From assembly GCA_039591655.1 (NCBI GenBank), contig JBDHDE010000002.1:32001-96000 (forward strand): a DNA stretch of 64,000 nt, read 5' to 3'. The DNA comes from Gemmatimonadota bacterium. GTDB lineage: Bacteria; Gemmatimonadota; Gemmatimonadetes; Gemmatimonadales; GWC2-71-9. A program made the position numbers and the translations under genes. The notes under the pieces are model-generated. The model worked only from the letters and a program-made list of their open reading frames with translations, was not told the origin of the DNA and did not search any database. Shown one piece after another: positions 1-9,612 of the stretch; the stretch's first letter is position 1; every line of letters begins with the position of its first letter.

Positions 1-83
1 CAGAGCAACCCGCACCGTCTGGGTCGCGCCTAACCGATTGAACGATAGATAGATAGCTGGGATGCGCCGGACGGACGCGGGGC

Positions 84-697
<614 letters not shown>

Positions 698-698
<1 letters not shown>

Positions 699-1615
699 CA
701 GGCTCGGGGGTGGTAGGTCTTGTGCACCGTCCGCAGATAGTCCCGGTCGACGTGCGTGTAGATCTGAGTCGTGGAAAGATCGGCGTGGCCCAGCATCTCC
801 TGCACGGCCCGGAGGTCAGCGCCACCCTCGAGGAGATGGGTGGCGAACGTGTGGCGCAGGGTGTGCGGCGTGACCCGCTTGTCGAGGCCCGCGCGATCGG
901 CACAGCGCTTGATGATGCCCCAGGCTCCCACCCGGGTGAGGGGACGGCCCCGGGCGTTGAGAAACAGCCTTCCGTCGGTCTCCCCCCGATCGAGGTTCGG
1001 CCGGATCTCCCGGGCGTAGACGGCGACCGCCCCGAGGGCCCGGCGCCCGATGGGGACGAGCCGCTCCTTGGACCCCTTGCCCAGCACCCGCACCAGGGCG
1101 TCGTCGTACCACACGTCTACCACCCCCAGGGACACCAACTCAGAGACACGGGCCCCCGTGGCATAGGCTACTTCCAGCAGGGCCCGGTCGCGCCATGCCA
1201 GGCGCTCGTCCGGGCTCGGTGCCGCGAGCAGGCTCTCCACCTCGTCGTGGGTGAGCACCTCGGGGAGCCGGTGCCACGCCTTGGGCAGCTCGAGTCTCTC
1301 GCTGGGATCCCGGGTCGCGTGCCCTTCGGCGACGAGGAACCGGAAGTAGGTGCGCAGCGTGGAGATCTGCCGCCGAATGCTGGAGGGTGCCAGCCCCAGG
1401 TCCTTCAGGTGATACACGAAGTCCCGCAGCAGCCGCGGTGTGACGGCGTGCGGCTCACGCGCGCCGCGGGCCGTGCCGAACTCCGCCAGGCGTCGCAGGT
1501 CCCGGGTATAGCCCTCCACCGTGTGCGGGCTGCTCCCCGCCTCCAACGCGAGGTAGTCCTGAAACCCCTCGACCCAGAAGGCACGGTCGATCTCCGCCTG
1601 CACGCCGGTGATCAC
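698..1615 (-). CDS. xerD: Tyrosine recombinase XerD
   Basis: [53 protein letters not shown]-terminal HPRA. Confidence 0.9.
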
Positions 1616-1616
1616 A

Positions 1617-2261
1617 TCACTCCCGCTTATCGGGGGTGCGATGTTCCTGCGTGTGCCAGTGGCGCCGGCCGACGGTGATCACCCACACCAGGAACGCTAC
1701 GAACAGCACCGCCAGCCCGAGGATGCCCCAGTTGAAACCCGCTAGAATCCGGGCCACGTCATCGATCTGCCCGGCCAGACGGGCGACCACGATCACCAGG
1801 GCCCCGTACCACAGGGCCGACGCCACCGCCAGCGGAACGAGCGCACGCCACGTGCCGAGGTGAGCGATCCCCGCGAACGCGGGCACCACCACCCGCACAC
1901 CCGGCACGAACCGGCTCAGGAAGATCCCGCGGCTCCCGTAGCGCTGGTACAAGCGCTCCATGCGACGCAGGCGCCTGGGCTTGAGCAGCCGTTGCCCGAG
2001 GCGCCCGGTGAAGAACTGGCGCCCCAGCGAGCGGGCGGCAAGATACACCGCTACCGCCCCGCCCACGTTCGCCGTCCAGGTAATCCCGAACACGGCCGCC
2101 GCGGAGACAGTGCCGCGCTGCGACAGGTATGCCCCCAGGGCGGCAGCCGTATCCGCCGGGACCGGCGGGAAGACGTTCTCCACGGCGGCGAGCCCCCCGA
2201 CCGCCACGTACACCACCCAGTCGGGAAGGTGGAGCAGTCGCTCTACGAGGGCGTCGAACAG
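1617..2261 (-). CDS. DedA/VTT family membrane protein
   Basis: ENVFPPVPAD and SRFVPGVR DedA motifs; start uncertain (a CTG at 2261 with GGAGG upstream is proposed). Confidence 0.85.
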   Translation of the reverse strand: MFDALVERLLHLPDWVVYVAVGGLAAVENVFPPVPADTAAALGAYLSQRGTVSAAAVFGITWTANVGGAVAVYLAARSLGRQFFTGRLGQRLLKPRRLRRMERLYQRYGSRGIFLSRFVPGVRVVVPAFAGIAHLGTWRALVPLAVASALWYGALVIVVARLAGQIDDVARILAGFNWGILGLAVLFVAFLVWVITVGRRHWHTQEHRTPDKRE

Positions 2262-2262
2262 A

Positions 2263-2742
2263 TTACGCGCCTCCCAGAGAGGCGATGGCGAACACCTGGA
2301 GACCCCTGCCCCGCCCCACGGAGTCCATCTTCTCGTTCGTCTTGGCCTTGATCGAGACGGCATTGAGGGGAATCGCCAGCGCGCCGGCCACGTTCTCGCG
2401 CATCGCGTCGATGTACGGGGCGAGCTTGGGAGCTTCGGTGATGACCGTGACGTCCACGTTAATGATGGCGTAGCTGGCCGCCACTATGCGCCGCCGCACC
2501 TCCCGCAGGAGCTTGATCGAGTTCGCGTCCCGCCACCTCTCGTCAGTGTCCGGGAAGAGCGCGCCAACGTCCCCCATGGCGGCGGCTCCGAGGAGCGCGT
2601 CGATCACCGCGTGGGCCACGGCGTCTGCGTCGGAGTGCCCCTTGAGTCCCTTGGTGTGCTCGATCTTCACACCGCCCAGGATGAGCGGCTTCTTCTCCAC
2701 GAAGACGTGGGAGTCGTAGCCGATACCGAAGCGCTGTCGCAT
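2263..2742 (-). CDS. ispF: 2-C-methyl-D-erythritol 2,4-cyclodiphosphate synthase
   Basis: GIGYDSH, GHSDADAVAHA, GDVGALFPD and SIKAKTNE motifs. Confidence 0.95.
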   Translation of the reverse strand: MRQRFGIGYDSHVFVEKKPLILGGVKIEHTKGLKGHSDADAVAHAVIDALLGAAAMGDVGALFPDTDERWRDANSIKLLREVRRRIVAASYAIINVDVTVITEAPKLAPYIDAMRENVAGALAIPLNAVSIKAKTNEKMDSVGRGRGLQVFAIASLGGA

Positions 2743-2880
2743 GGCAAGATGATAGGGGATAAGAGGATAGAGCGGTAGTGCAGCGCCGGAGCATACCCTG
2801 TCGGAGGCCGTCGAGGGGCAGGAGGAGGTGGACGCGCTGCTACGGGACTCCCGTGCGGACGCGCCCGATGCCGACGCGGA

Positions 2881-3291
2881 CTAGTCCCGTGGGGCGTTCA
2901 GGATCCGCAGCGCCAGCAGTGCCGCGTTCTTGGCGTTCCCGATCCCCACGGTCGCAACCGGGCAACCGGGCGGGAGCTGCGTGATGGCGTACAGCGCATC
3001 GACCCCCCGCAGCGGGCCCACGTCCAACGGCAACCCCACCACGGGCAGGTCGGTAAGGGCGGCCACGGCCCCGGGGAGCGCCGCCGCCAGTCCCGCGGCG
3101 GCGATGATCACCCGGTAGCCCTTATCCTTGGCGCTTCTCGCGACCTCCGCTGTCCTCTCGGGGTCGCGGTGTGCCGACGAGACCTCGAAGTCGTAGCCAA
3201 CGCCGGCCTCGTCCAGCACCTCGAATGCACTAGCCACCCGCTCCCGGTCGCTCTCGGATCCCGCAAGGATCAACACGTGTTTCTGTGGCAT
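2881..3291 (-). CDS. purE: PurE family AIR carboxylase / N5-CAIR mutase
   Basis: GSESD, SAHRxP, LPVVGLP, QLPPGCPVATV and NAALLA motifs. Confidence 0.9.
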   Translation of the reverse strand: MPQKHVLILAGSESDRERVASAFEVLDEAGVGYDFEVSSAHRDPERTAEVARSAKDKGYRVIIAAAGLAAALPGAVAALTDLPVVGLPLDVGPLRGVDALYAITQLPPGCPVATVGIGNAKNAALLALRILNAPRD

Positions 3292-3297
3292 TGTCCG

Positions 3298-4347
3298 CTA
3301 CGCCGCCGCTTCCTCGGTGATAATAGAGTAGTCCTGCCGCCGACGCGCCGGTGTGAACCCGGCGTCCCGGATGTGCCGCTCCATCTCGTCCAGCGTCGCC
3401 CGGTGCGTCGTGCCGGCGGCAGAGACCACGTTCTCCTCTATCATGAGCGAGCCGAAGTCGTTGCACCCGAACCGGAGAGCGACCTGGCCGATCTTGAGCC
3501 CCATCGTCACCCAAGATGACTGCAGGTTGGGCACGTTGTCGAGCACGAGCCGCGCGACGGCCATGGTGCGCAGGTAGGTTATCGCGTCAGTCTTGGGTGT
3601 CCCTTCCATCTCCGTATGCTCCGGCTGGAGCGGCCACGCGATGAACGCCGTGAACCCCCCGGTCCGTGCCTGGACCTCCCGCACACGCATCAGGTGCTCG
3701 ATGCGGTCTGCCGGCGTTTCGCCGAGACCGTACATCATGCTCACGGAGGTCTTCATCCCCATCCGGTGGGCCAGCTCCATGATCTCGAGCCAGCGGTCCG
3801 CACCCGCCTTCTTCCGGGCCACGCGGTCCCGCACGTCCTGCACCAGGATCTCGCCGCCGCCGCCGGGGATGGAATCGAGCCCCGCCGTCCCGAGCTCCCG
3901 GAGCACGTCCTGGGCTGTCATGCGGAATCTGGTGGCGAAGAAGTCCACCTCTGACGGCGAGAAGCCATGGATGTGGATCGGGTGGTGCTGCTTCACGTAG
4001 CGCATGAGCTCGAGGTACCACTCGAACGGGATGTAGGGGTTGTGCCCGCCCTGGATCAAGATCTGCACGGCCCCCAGGGTCTTGGCCTCGTCGATCTTCT
4101 CCCCGATCTGCTCGAACGAGAGCACATAGCCCTCGTCGTGCTTGGGGCGCCTGTAGAACGCGCAGAACTTGCAGTCGGCGACGCACACGTTGGTGTAGTT
4201 GATGTTCCGATCCACGATGTACGTGACGGTGTCGCCCGGATGGCGCTCCCGCCGCTTGGCGTCCGCCAGCGCTCCCAGCTCCAGTAACGGTGCCCGCTCA
4301 TAGAGCTGGAGGGCTTCGCGGAACTCGGGTGCGCTGCGGTCGATCAT
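3298..4347 (-). CDS. mqnC: Cyclic dehypoxanthine futalosine synthase (radical SAM)
   Basis: RNINYTNVCVADCKFCAF, IQGGHNP, SIPGGGGEIL, QSSWVT, DFGSLMIEENVV; next to mqnA and mqnE. Confidence 0.9.
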   Translation of the reverse strand: MIDRSAPEFREALQLYERAPLLELGALADAKRRERHPGDTVTYIVDRNINYTNVCVADCKFCAFYRRPKHDEGYVLSFEQIGEKIDEAKTLGAVQILIQGGHNPYIPFEWYLELMRYVKQHHPIHIHGFSPSEVDFFATRFRMTAQDVLRELGTAGLDSIPGGGGEILVQDVRDRVARKKAGADRWLEIMELAHRMGMKTSVSMMYGLGETPADRIEHLMRVREVQARTGGFTAFIAWPLQPEHTEMEGTPKTDAITYLRTMAVARLVLDNVPNLQSSWVTMGLKIGQVALRFGCNDFGSLMIEENVVSAAGTTHRATLDEMERHIRDAGFTPARRRQDYSIITEEAAA

Positions 4348-4387
4348 GTCAGCAACAGCTCCTCCAAGCGTCTATCCCGTTCCCCGT

Positions 4388-5209
4388 TCACGCTACCGCC
4401 AGAAAGCGCAGCGTCCCGTCCGGCACCACACCGTGGGTGGCCAGCCTGCGGAAGAACGACGTGAGGCCCTCGAGATGCCCGTACGTGAGCGCATAGTCCA
4501 AGCCGCTCAGATACGCCGCGCACTGCGCGAGCGGGATCCCGGTACTACGCGATGCCTCCGCGGCCAGCACCTCCAGGTGGGCGAGGCCCCATTCCCGCGC
4601 CGCCAGCAGCGCTCCGTGCACCGTCGCCACCTGCGCCGTCGGGGCCTCCCGGCGGGCCGCCCACACGGCGAACACGAACGGCAGCCCGGTCCACCGCTTC
4701 CATTCCTCGCCGAGGTCGTAGCGCCGGGGATAGCGGCCGCCTGCGGAGAGGAGCAGTGCCGCATCTCCGATCACCAACACTGCCTCATGCGGCAGGGACT
4801 CGAGCTCCGCCAGGTCCTGCGCCTCGGTGCGCGCCTCCACTAGCTGTGGGCTCACCCGCCACACGTCCCGGCACAAGAGCTCCAGCAATTGTACGGAGGT
4901 CCGGGAGGATGCCGACACCAGCACGGTGCAGCCGTCCAGCTCCTCCACGGGACGCCGGCTGAAGAGGGCGACGCTCCGCACCGGCCCGTCGCATGAGATG
5001 GCGATGTCGGGGAGGAGATAGTAAGCGTCGGCGTTCCGCGCGTACTCCACCGCAGACACGACCGACACTTCCAGCTCTCCCGCTGCGAGGAGGCCGTTGA
5101 GCTCGGACGGTGTACCGGTGACCAACTCGGCTCCGATGTGGACCGCGCACCGATCGATGGCACCGTAGACCGGATAGCAGTTGATGTAGCCGATGCGGCC
5201 GACTCGCAT
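4388..5209 (-). CDS. mqnA: Chorismate dehydratase
   Basis: Starts MRVGRIGYINCYPVY (TGATG overlap with mqnE); SRTS, VIGDAAL and DLGEEWKRWTGLPFVFAVW motifs. Confidence 0.92.
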   Translation of the reverse strand: MRVGRIGYINCYPVYGAIDRCAVHIGAELVTGTPSELNGLLAAGELEVSVVSAVEYARNADAYYLLPDIAISCDGPVRSVALFSRRPVEELDGCTVLVSASSRTSVQLLELLCRDVWRVSPQLVEARTEAQDLAELESLPHEAVLVIGDAALLLSAGGRYPRRYDLGEEWKRWTGLPFVFAVWAARREAPTAQVATVHGALLAAREWGLAHLEVLAAEASRSTGIPLAQCAAYLSGLDYALTYGHLEGLTSFFRRLATHGVVPDGTLRFLAVA

Positions 5210-6426
5210 CAGGCCCGCCCGGTTCCCACGAGCTGTACCAGTCCCGGGGCCGCACGGGCGCCCAACGCCAAGCCCTCCTCGGGCTGGAAGACGAGATCCT
5301 CGGGATCGAAGGTGCGTACAGTCTCGTATAGGGAGTTCCGCTCCACCGGCTCCTTGCCGGTCGCCTTGATGAGTCGCACCAGCTCGCCGTAGGAGAGCAT
5401 CATCGGGGTGTGCGCGCCCGCGTCGTGATAGACGCGCTCGTACACGACGGTGCCCTCCACGTCGTCGCACCCGAAGCTCAGTGCTACCTGTGAGACGAAC
5501 GGCGTGACCATGGGCCAGTGCGTCTTCACGTGCGGCACGTTGTCCAGGTAGAGGCGCCCCACCGCGATGTTCTTCAGATCCTCGAACCCGGTCGTCGCCG
5601 TGCCTTCGCGCTCCAGTTCCCGGCCCAGCTCGTTGTGATCGGGATGGTAGGCGAGGGGGATGTACGTGAGAAACCCCCCCGTCTCATCCTGGAGCTCGCG
5701 GAGCATCGTGAGGTGCTCCACCCGATCTGCGGCCGTCTCCACATGCCCGTATAGCATCGTGCAGTTCGACGGGATGCCCATCTCATGTGCCGCGCGGTGT
5801 ACGGCGATCCACTCCTCGGCGATGAGCTTCCGGTCGGCGATCGTGGCCCGCACTGCGTCGCTGAACACCTCGGCGCCTCCACCGGGGAGCGACGTGAGCC
5901 CCGCGTCCTTGAGCTCCTGCAGCACTTGCTCGACGGACATCTTCTCGATCCGCGCCAGGTGGGCGATCTCCACCGCCGTGAGCGCCTTGATGTGCACGTG
6001 GGGGTGGCGCTCTTTCAGGCCTCGCATGAGTTCGGTGTAGTACGAGAGGCGCAGCTTGGGATGCAGCCCGCCCACGATGTGGAACTCGGTGGTGGGGTTG
6101 TGCCGCGCGGCCTCGGCCTCGGCAAACACCTCCTCGGGAGAGCGCGTGTAGGCGCCCTCCTCCTTCGGAAGCCGCGCGAAGGAGCAGAACACGCACACAT
6201 TCCGCAGCACGCAGACGTTCGTAGGATTGATGTGCTGGTTGGCGGAGAAGAAGACCCGGTCGCCGTTGCGGCTCCGATTCACGCGATCCGCGAGCGCCCC
6301 GAGACCGAGGAGATCCGACGTCTCGTAGAGGACGAGACCCTCCTCCGGGGTCAGTCGCTCCCCCACCTCCACCTTCTCCGCGATGGGCGCGACGCGCGGG
6401 TCCCCAATCGGGACGCCGCCGCTCAT
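5209..6426 (-). CDS. mqnE: Aminofutalosine synthase (radical SAM)
   Basis: HINPTNVC..CVFCSF, HIVGGLHP, HIKALTAVEI, CTMLYGHVE; mqn context. Confidence 0.9.
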   Translation of the reverse strand: MSGGVPIGDPRVAPIAEKVEVGERLTPEEGLVLYETSDLLGLGALADRVNRSRNGDRVFFSANQHINPTNVCVLRNVCVFCSFARLPKEEGAYTRSPEEVFAEAEAARHNPTTEFHIVGGLHPKLRLSYYTELMRGLKERHPHVHIKALTAVEIAHLARIEKMSVEQVLQELKDAGLTSLPGGGAEVFSDAVRATIADRKLIAEEWIAVHRAAHEMGIPSNCTMLYGHVETAADRVEHLTMLRELQDETGGFLTYIPLAYHPDHNELGRELEREGTATTGFEDLKNIAVGRLYLDNVPHVKTHWPMVTPFVSQVALSFGCDDVEGTVVYERVYHDAGAHTPMMLSYGELVRLIKATGKEPVERNSLYETVRTFDPEDLVFQPEEGLALGARAAPGLVQLVGTGRA

Positions 6427-7664
6427 TCGCGGTAGCTTCCCAGCACCAGTGTCACGTTGTGGCCGCCGAACCCGAAGGAGTTGGTGAGCGATACTCCGAC
6501 CTCACGCTCCAGCTTCACGTTGGGCGCGCAGTTCAGGTCGCACTCGGGATCGGCCACTTCCTGGTTGATCGTGGGCGGGATCACGCCGTTCTCCATGACG
6601 AGCAGCGTGATGGCCGCCTCGAGCGCCCCGGTCGCGCCCAGCAGGTGCCCCGTCATGGACTTGGTGGAGCTCATGACGAGGTCGTGTGCGTGCGCGCCGA
6701 ACAACTCCTTGACCGCCTGGGTCTCGGCGATGTCGCCGTGCGGCGTCGAGGTCCCGTGCGAGTTGATATACTGCACGTCCTCCGGTGCGAGCTTGGCGTC
6801 CTCCAGGGCGGCCGTCATTGCCCGCTTTGCACCCTCGCCTCCGGGAACCGGCTGCGTCATGTGGTGGGCGTCGGCACTCATGCCGTAGCCCAGCACCTCG
6901 CCACGGATCGTGGCCCCCCGGGCAACCGCGCTCTCCAGCGACTCCACGATCAGAGTGGACGCCCCGTCGCCCATCACGAACCCGTCCCGCTCCTTGTCGA
7001 ACGGGCGGGACGCCTTCTCCGGGTCGTCGTTCCGCATGGACAGCGCCTTCATGTTGGTGAATCCCGCGATGGCCAGCGGCGTGACCGCCGCCTCGGCGCC
7101 GCCCGCGATCATCATGTCGGCATCGCCGCTCTGCACCAGCCGGAACGACTCGCCCAGCGCATGGGCCGACGAGGCGCAGGCCGACACCGTGCAGTAGTTC
7201 GGCCCCTTGGCACCGTACCTGATCGATACCAGGCCGGAGGCGATGTCCGGGATGAACATCGGTACGAAGAAGGGAGACACGCGCCGGAAGCCCTTCTCGA
7301 TCGAGACCCTGCACTGCTCCTCGAAGGTCCAGATACCTCCGATGCCGCTCCCGATGAGCACCCCCGTCCGGCCGGGGTCCGGCAGGGTACCGTTGAGCCC
7401 GGCATCGGCCAGGGCCTGCTGCGTCGCAGCCATCGAGTAGTGGACAAAGCGGTCGGACCGCTTGACCTCCTTGCGGTCCATGTAGTCCTGCGGGTCGAAG
7501 TTCTTGACCTCGCAGGCGAACCGCACGTCCAGCTCGCACGGGTCGAACCGCTGGATGGGAGCGGCCCCTGACTTACCCACGAGCAACTGCTCCCAGCTCT
7601 CGGCGGCCGTGTTGCCGAGGGGGGAGACGATGCCCAGCCCGGTTATGACGACGCGTCGCGTCAA
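6423..7664 (-). CDS. fabF: 3-oxoacyl-ACP synthase II
   Basis: RRVVITGLG, SACAS, SHGTST, KSMTGHLLGA and NSFGFGGHN motifs. Confidence 0.95.
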   Translation of the reverse strand: MTRRVVITGLGIVSPLGNTAAESWEQLLVGKSGAAPIQRFDPCELDVRFACEVKNFDPQDYMDRKEVKRSDRFVHYSMAATQQALADAGLNGTLPDPGRTGVLIGSGIGGIWTFEEQCRVSIEKGFRRVSPFFVPMFIPDIASGLVSIRYGAKGPNYCTVSACASSAHALGESFRLVQSGDADMMIAGGAEAAVTPLAIAGFTNMKALSMRNDDPEKASRPFDKERDGFVMGDGASTLIVESLESAVARGATIRGEVLGYGMSADAHHMTQPVPGGEGAKRAMTAALEDAKLAPEDVQYINSHGTSTPHGDIAETQAVKELFGAHAHDLVMSSTKSMTGHLLGATGALEAAITLLVMENGVIPPTINQEVADPECDLNCAPNVKLEREVGVSLTNSFGFGGHNVTLVLGSYRE

Positions 7665-7668
7665 GCCT

Positions 7669-7917
7669 CTAGGACCCCATCTTCTCGTGCAGGTACTTCA
7701 TCGCGTCGCCCACGGTACGGAGCTTCTCCGCCTCCTCATCCGGGATGTCGATGTCGAACTCCTTCTCGAAGGCCATCACCAACTCGACGGTGTCCAGGCT
7801 GTCTGCGCCCAGATCCTCCATGAAGCTGGCCTCGTTGGTGAGCTTGTCGCGCTCGACTCCGAGCTCCTCGACGATGATGTCCTTGACCTTCTCCTCGAGT
7901 TGGCTCATGTCGGTCAT
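7669..7917 (-). CDS. acpP: Acyl carrier protein
   Basis: [17 protein letters not shown] phosphopantetheine motif; the start could instead be the ATG at 7908. Confidence 0.97.
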   Translation of the reverse strand: MTDMSQLEEKVKDIIVEELGVERDKLTNEASFMEDLGADSLDTVELVMAFEKEFDIDIPDEEAEKLRTVGDAMKYLHEKMGS

Positions 7918-7942
7918 CTTCGATTCTCTCCGATCGAATGAG

Positions 7943-8680
7943 TTACATGACCATGCCGCCGTCCACCACCAGTACGTGGCCCGTAATGTAGTTGGACAGG
8001 TCCGATGCGAGGAAGAGCACCGCGTCGGCGATGTCCTCGGGCTGCCCGAGGCGCTGCAGCGGGATCTGGTCCTGCAGCGCCTTGCGGACGTCGTCAGACA
8101 GCTTCTTCGTCATTTCCGTATCGATGAAGCCCGGGGCGACGGCATTGACCAGGACGCCTCGGGAGGCCAGCTCCCGGGCGATGGATTTGGTGAACCCGAT
8201 CACCCCCGCCTTGGAAGCGGAGTAGTTCCCCTGGCCTGCGTTCCCCCGAATGCCCACGACGCTCGAGACGTTGATGATGCGACCCGCGCGTCGCTTCGCC
8301 ATGCCGCGGGCGACGTGCTTGGTGCAGTTGAACACGCCCTTGAGGTTGACCCGCAGAACCAAATCCCAGTCCTCTTCGGCCATCCGCATGAGGAGCCCGT
8401 CGCGCGTGATCCCGGCATTGTTCACCAGGATGTCGATGGGGCCGAGGGCCCCCTCGACCTGACCGACGGCATCCTCGACCTGCGCCGGATCCGACACGTC
8501 ACCGGCCACTCCGAACGTCCGTCCCTTGCCGGTGAGCGAAGCCGCGGCCTCCGGCGCGCCCTGGAGATCGCTGAGGCCCACGTGGGCGCCGGCTTCGTAC
8601 AGGCGCTGGGCCACGGCCAGTCCGATGCCGCGGGCCCCGCCGGTGACCAGAGCCACCTTGCCCGTGAGATCCAAAGTCAT
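7943..8680 (-). CDS. fabG: 3-oxoacyl-ACP reductase
   Basis: [21 protein letters not shown]; starts MTLDLTGK with an ATGA overlap. Confidence 0.95.
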   Translation of the reverse strand: MTLDLTGKVALVTGGARGIGLAVAQRLYEAGAHVGLSDLQGAPEAAASLTGKGRTFGVAGDVSDPAQVEDAVGQVEGALGPIDILVNNAGITRDGLLMRMAEEDWDLVLRVNLKGVFNCTKHVARGMAKRRAGRIINVSSVVGIRGNAGQGNYSASKAGVIGFTKSIARELASRGVLVNAVAPGFIDTEMTKKLSDDVRKALQDQIPLQRLGQPEDIADAVLFLASDLSNYITGHVLVVDGGMVM

Positions 8681-9612
8681 GCGTGCTGCTCCAAGAAAGC
8701 GTTGACCTGTTCGGCCGTGCCGAGCGCCACCGAGCGGGTGCCCTTGGCGATCTTCCGCAGCAGGCCACTCAGCACGCCTCCCGGCCCGGCTTCCACGAAC
8801 GTGGCTCCCTCGCCCGCGTCGGCCACAGCCCGCCGCATCGACTCCACCCAGAGCACCGGCGCCGTCAGCTGCTCCCCGAGTAGCCGCCGCGCCTCGGTCG
8901 CGGTGCGGACCGGCTCCGCTGACGCGTTGGCAATGACCGGGAAAGCAGGGTCGGCGAAGGCGACCTGCCCCAGCTCGGACCGCAGCCCCTGGGCCGCCGG
9001 CTCCATGAGGGGCGAGTGGAACGCGCCGCTCACCTTGAGCGGCAGTACCCGCTTGGCTCCCGCCTCCTTGAGGGCTTTCCCTGCCCGTTCCACGGCATCG
9101 GGATCGCCGGAGATGACGCACTGGTCGGGGGCGTTGAGGTTCGCCGCCACCGCGACCTTGCCCTTCGTGCTCGCCGCCGCGCAGTGCTCGCCGACCTTTG
9201 CCGCATCCAACCCGATCACCGCAGCCATGGTGCCGGGCCGCACCTGGCCGGCCTCGAACATCAGCTCGCCCCGGCGGCGCACCAACCGGGCCGCGTCGGT
9301 GAGCCCCAAAGCCCCGGCCGCGACGTAGGCGCTGTACTCACCCAGAGAATGCCCGGCGCCGGCCACCGGCCCCAGGGCGCCCCGGGCCACTGCCCAGGCA
9401 GCCAGCGAGTGGGCCAGGATCGCCGGTTGGGCGTTGTGGGTGAGGGTGAGCTCCTCCTCGGGACCCTCCCACATCAGCTTGGAGAGGGCGACCCCGAGGG
9501 CCTGATCCACGGCCTGGTAGACCTCACGAGCCTGCGGAAACGTCTCGGCCAGATCCTTCCCCATCCCCACCTTCTGCGCCCCCTGGCCGGGGCACAGGAG
9601 CACCGCCCTCAC
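8677..9612 (-). CDS. fabD: Malonyl-CoA:ACP transacylase
   Basis: PGQGAQ, GHSLGEY and SGAFHS motifs; GTG start overlapping the fabH stop. Confidence 0.95.
   Translation of the reverse strand: MRAVLLCPGQGAQKVGMGKDLAETFPQAREVYQAVDQALGVALSKLMWEGPEEELTLTHNAQPAILAHSLAAWAVARGALGPVAGAGHSLGEYSAYVAAGALGLTDAARLVRRRGELMFEAGQVRPGTMAAVIGLDAAKVGEHCAAASTKGKVAVAANLNAPDQCVISGDPDAVERAGKALKEAGAKRVLPLKVSGAFHSPLMEPAAQGLRSELGQVAFADPAFPVIANASAEPVRTATEARRLLGEQLTAPVLWVESMRRAVADAGEGATFVEAGPGGVLSGLLRKIAKGTRSVALGTAEQVNAFLEQHA

Noticed and set aside
2775..2843. Imperfect long hairpin (GTAG-TG-CAGCGC...GCGCTG-CTAC) between purE and ispF as a possible ncRNA or riboswitch
   Set aside because: No tRNA, SRP, 6S or riboswitch signature recognised; such pairing is plausible by chance at this GC content
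7745..9328. 527-aa plus-strand ORF opposite acpP/fabG/fabD
   Set aside because: Antisense shadow of conserved genes, as expected from high-GC codon bias
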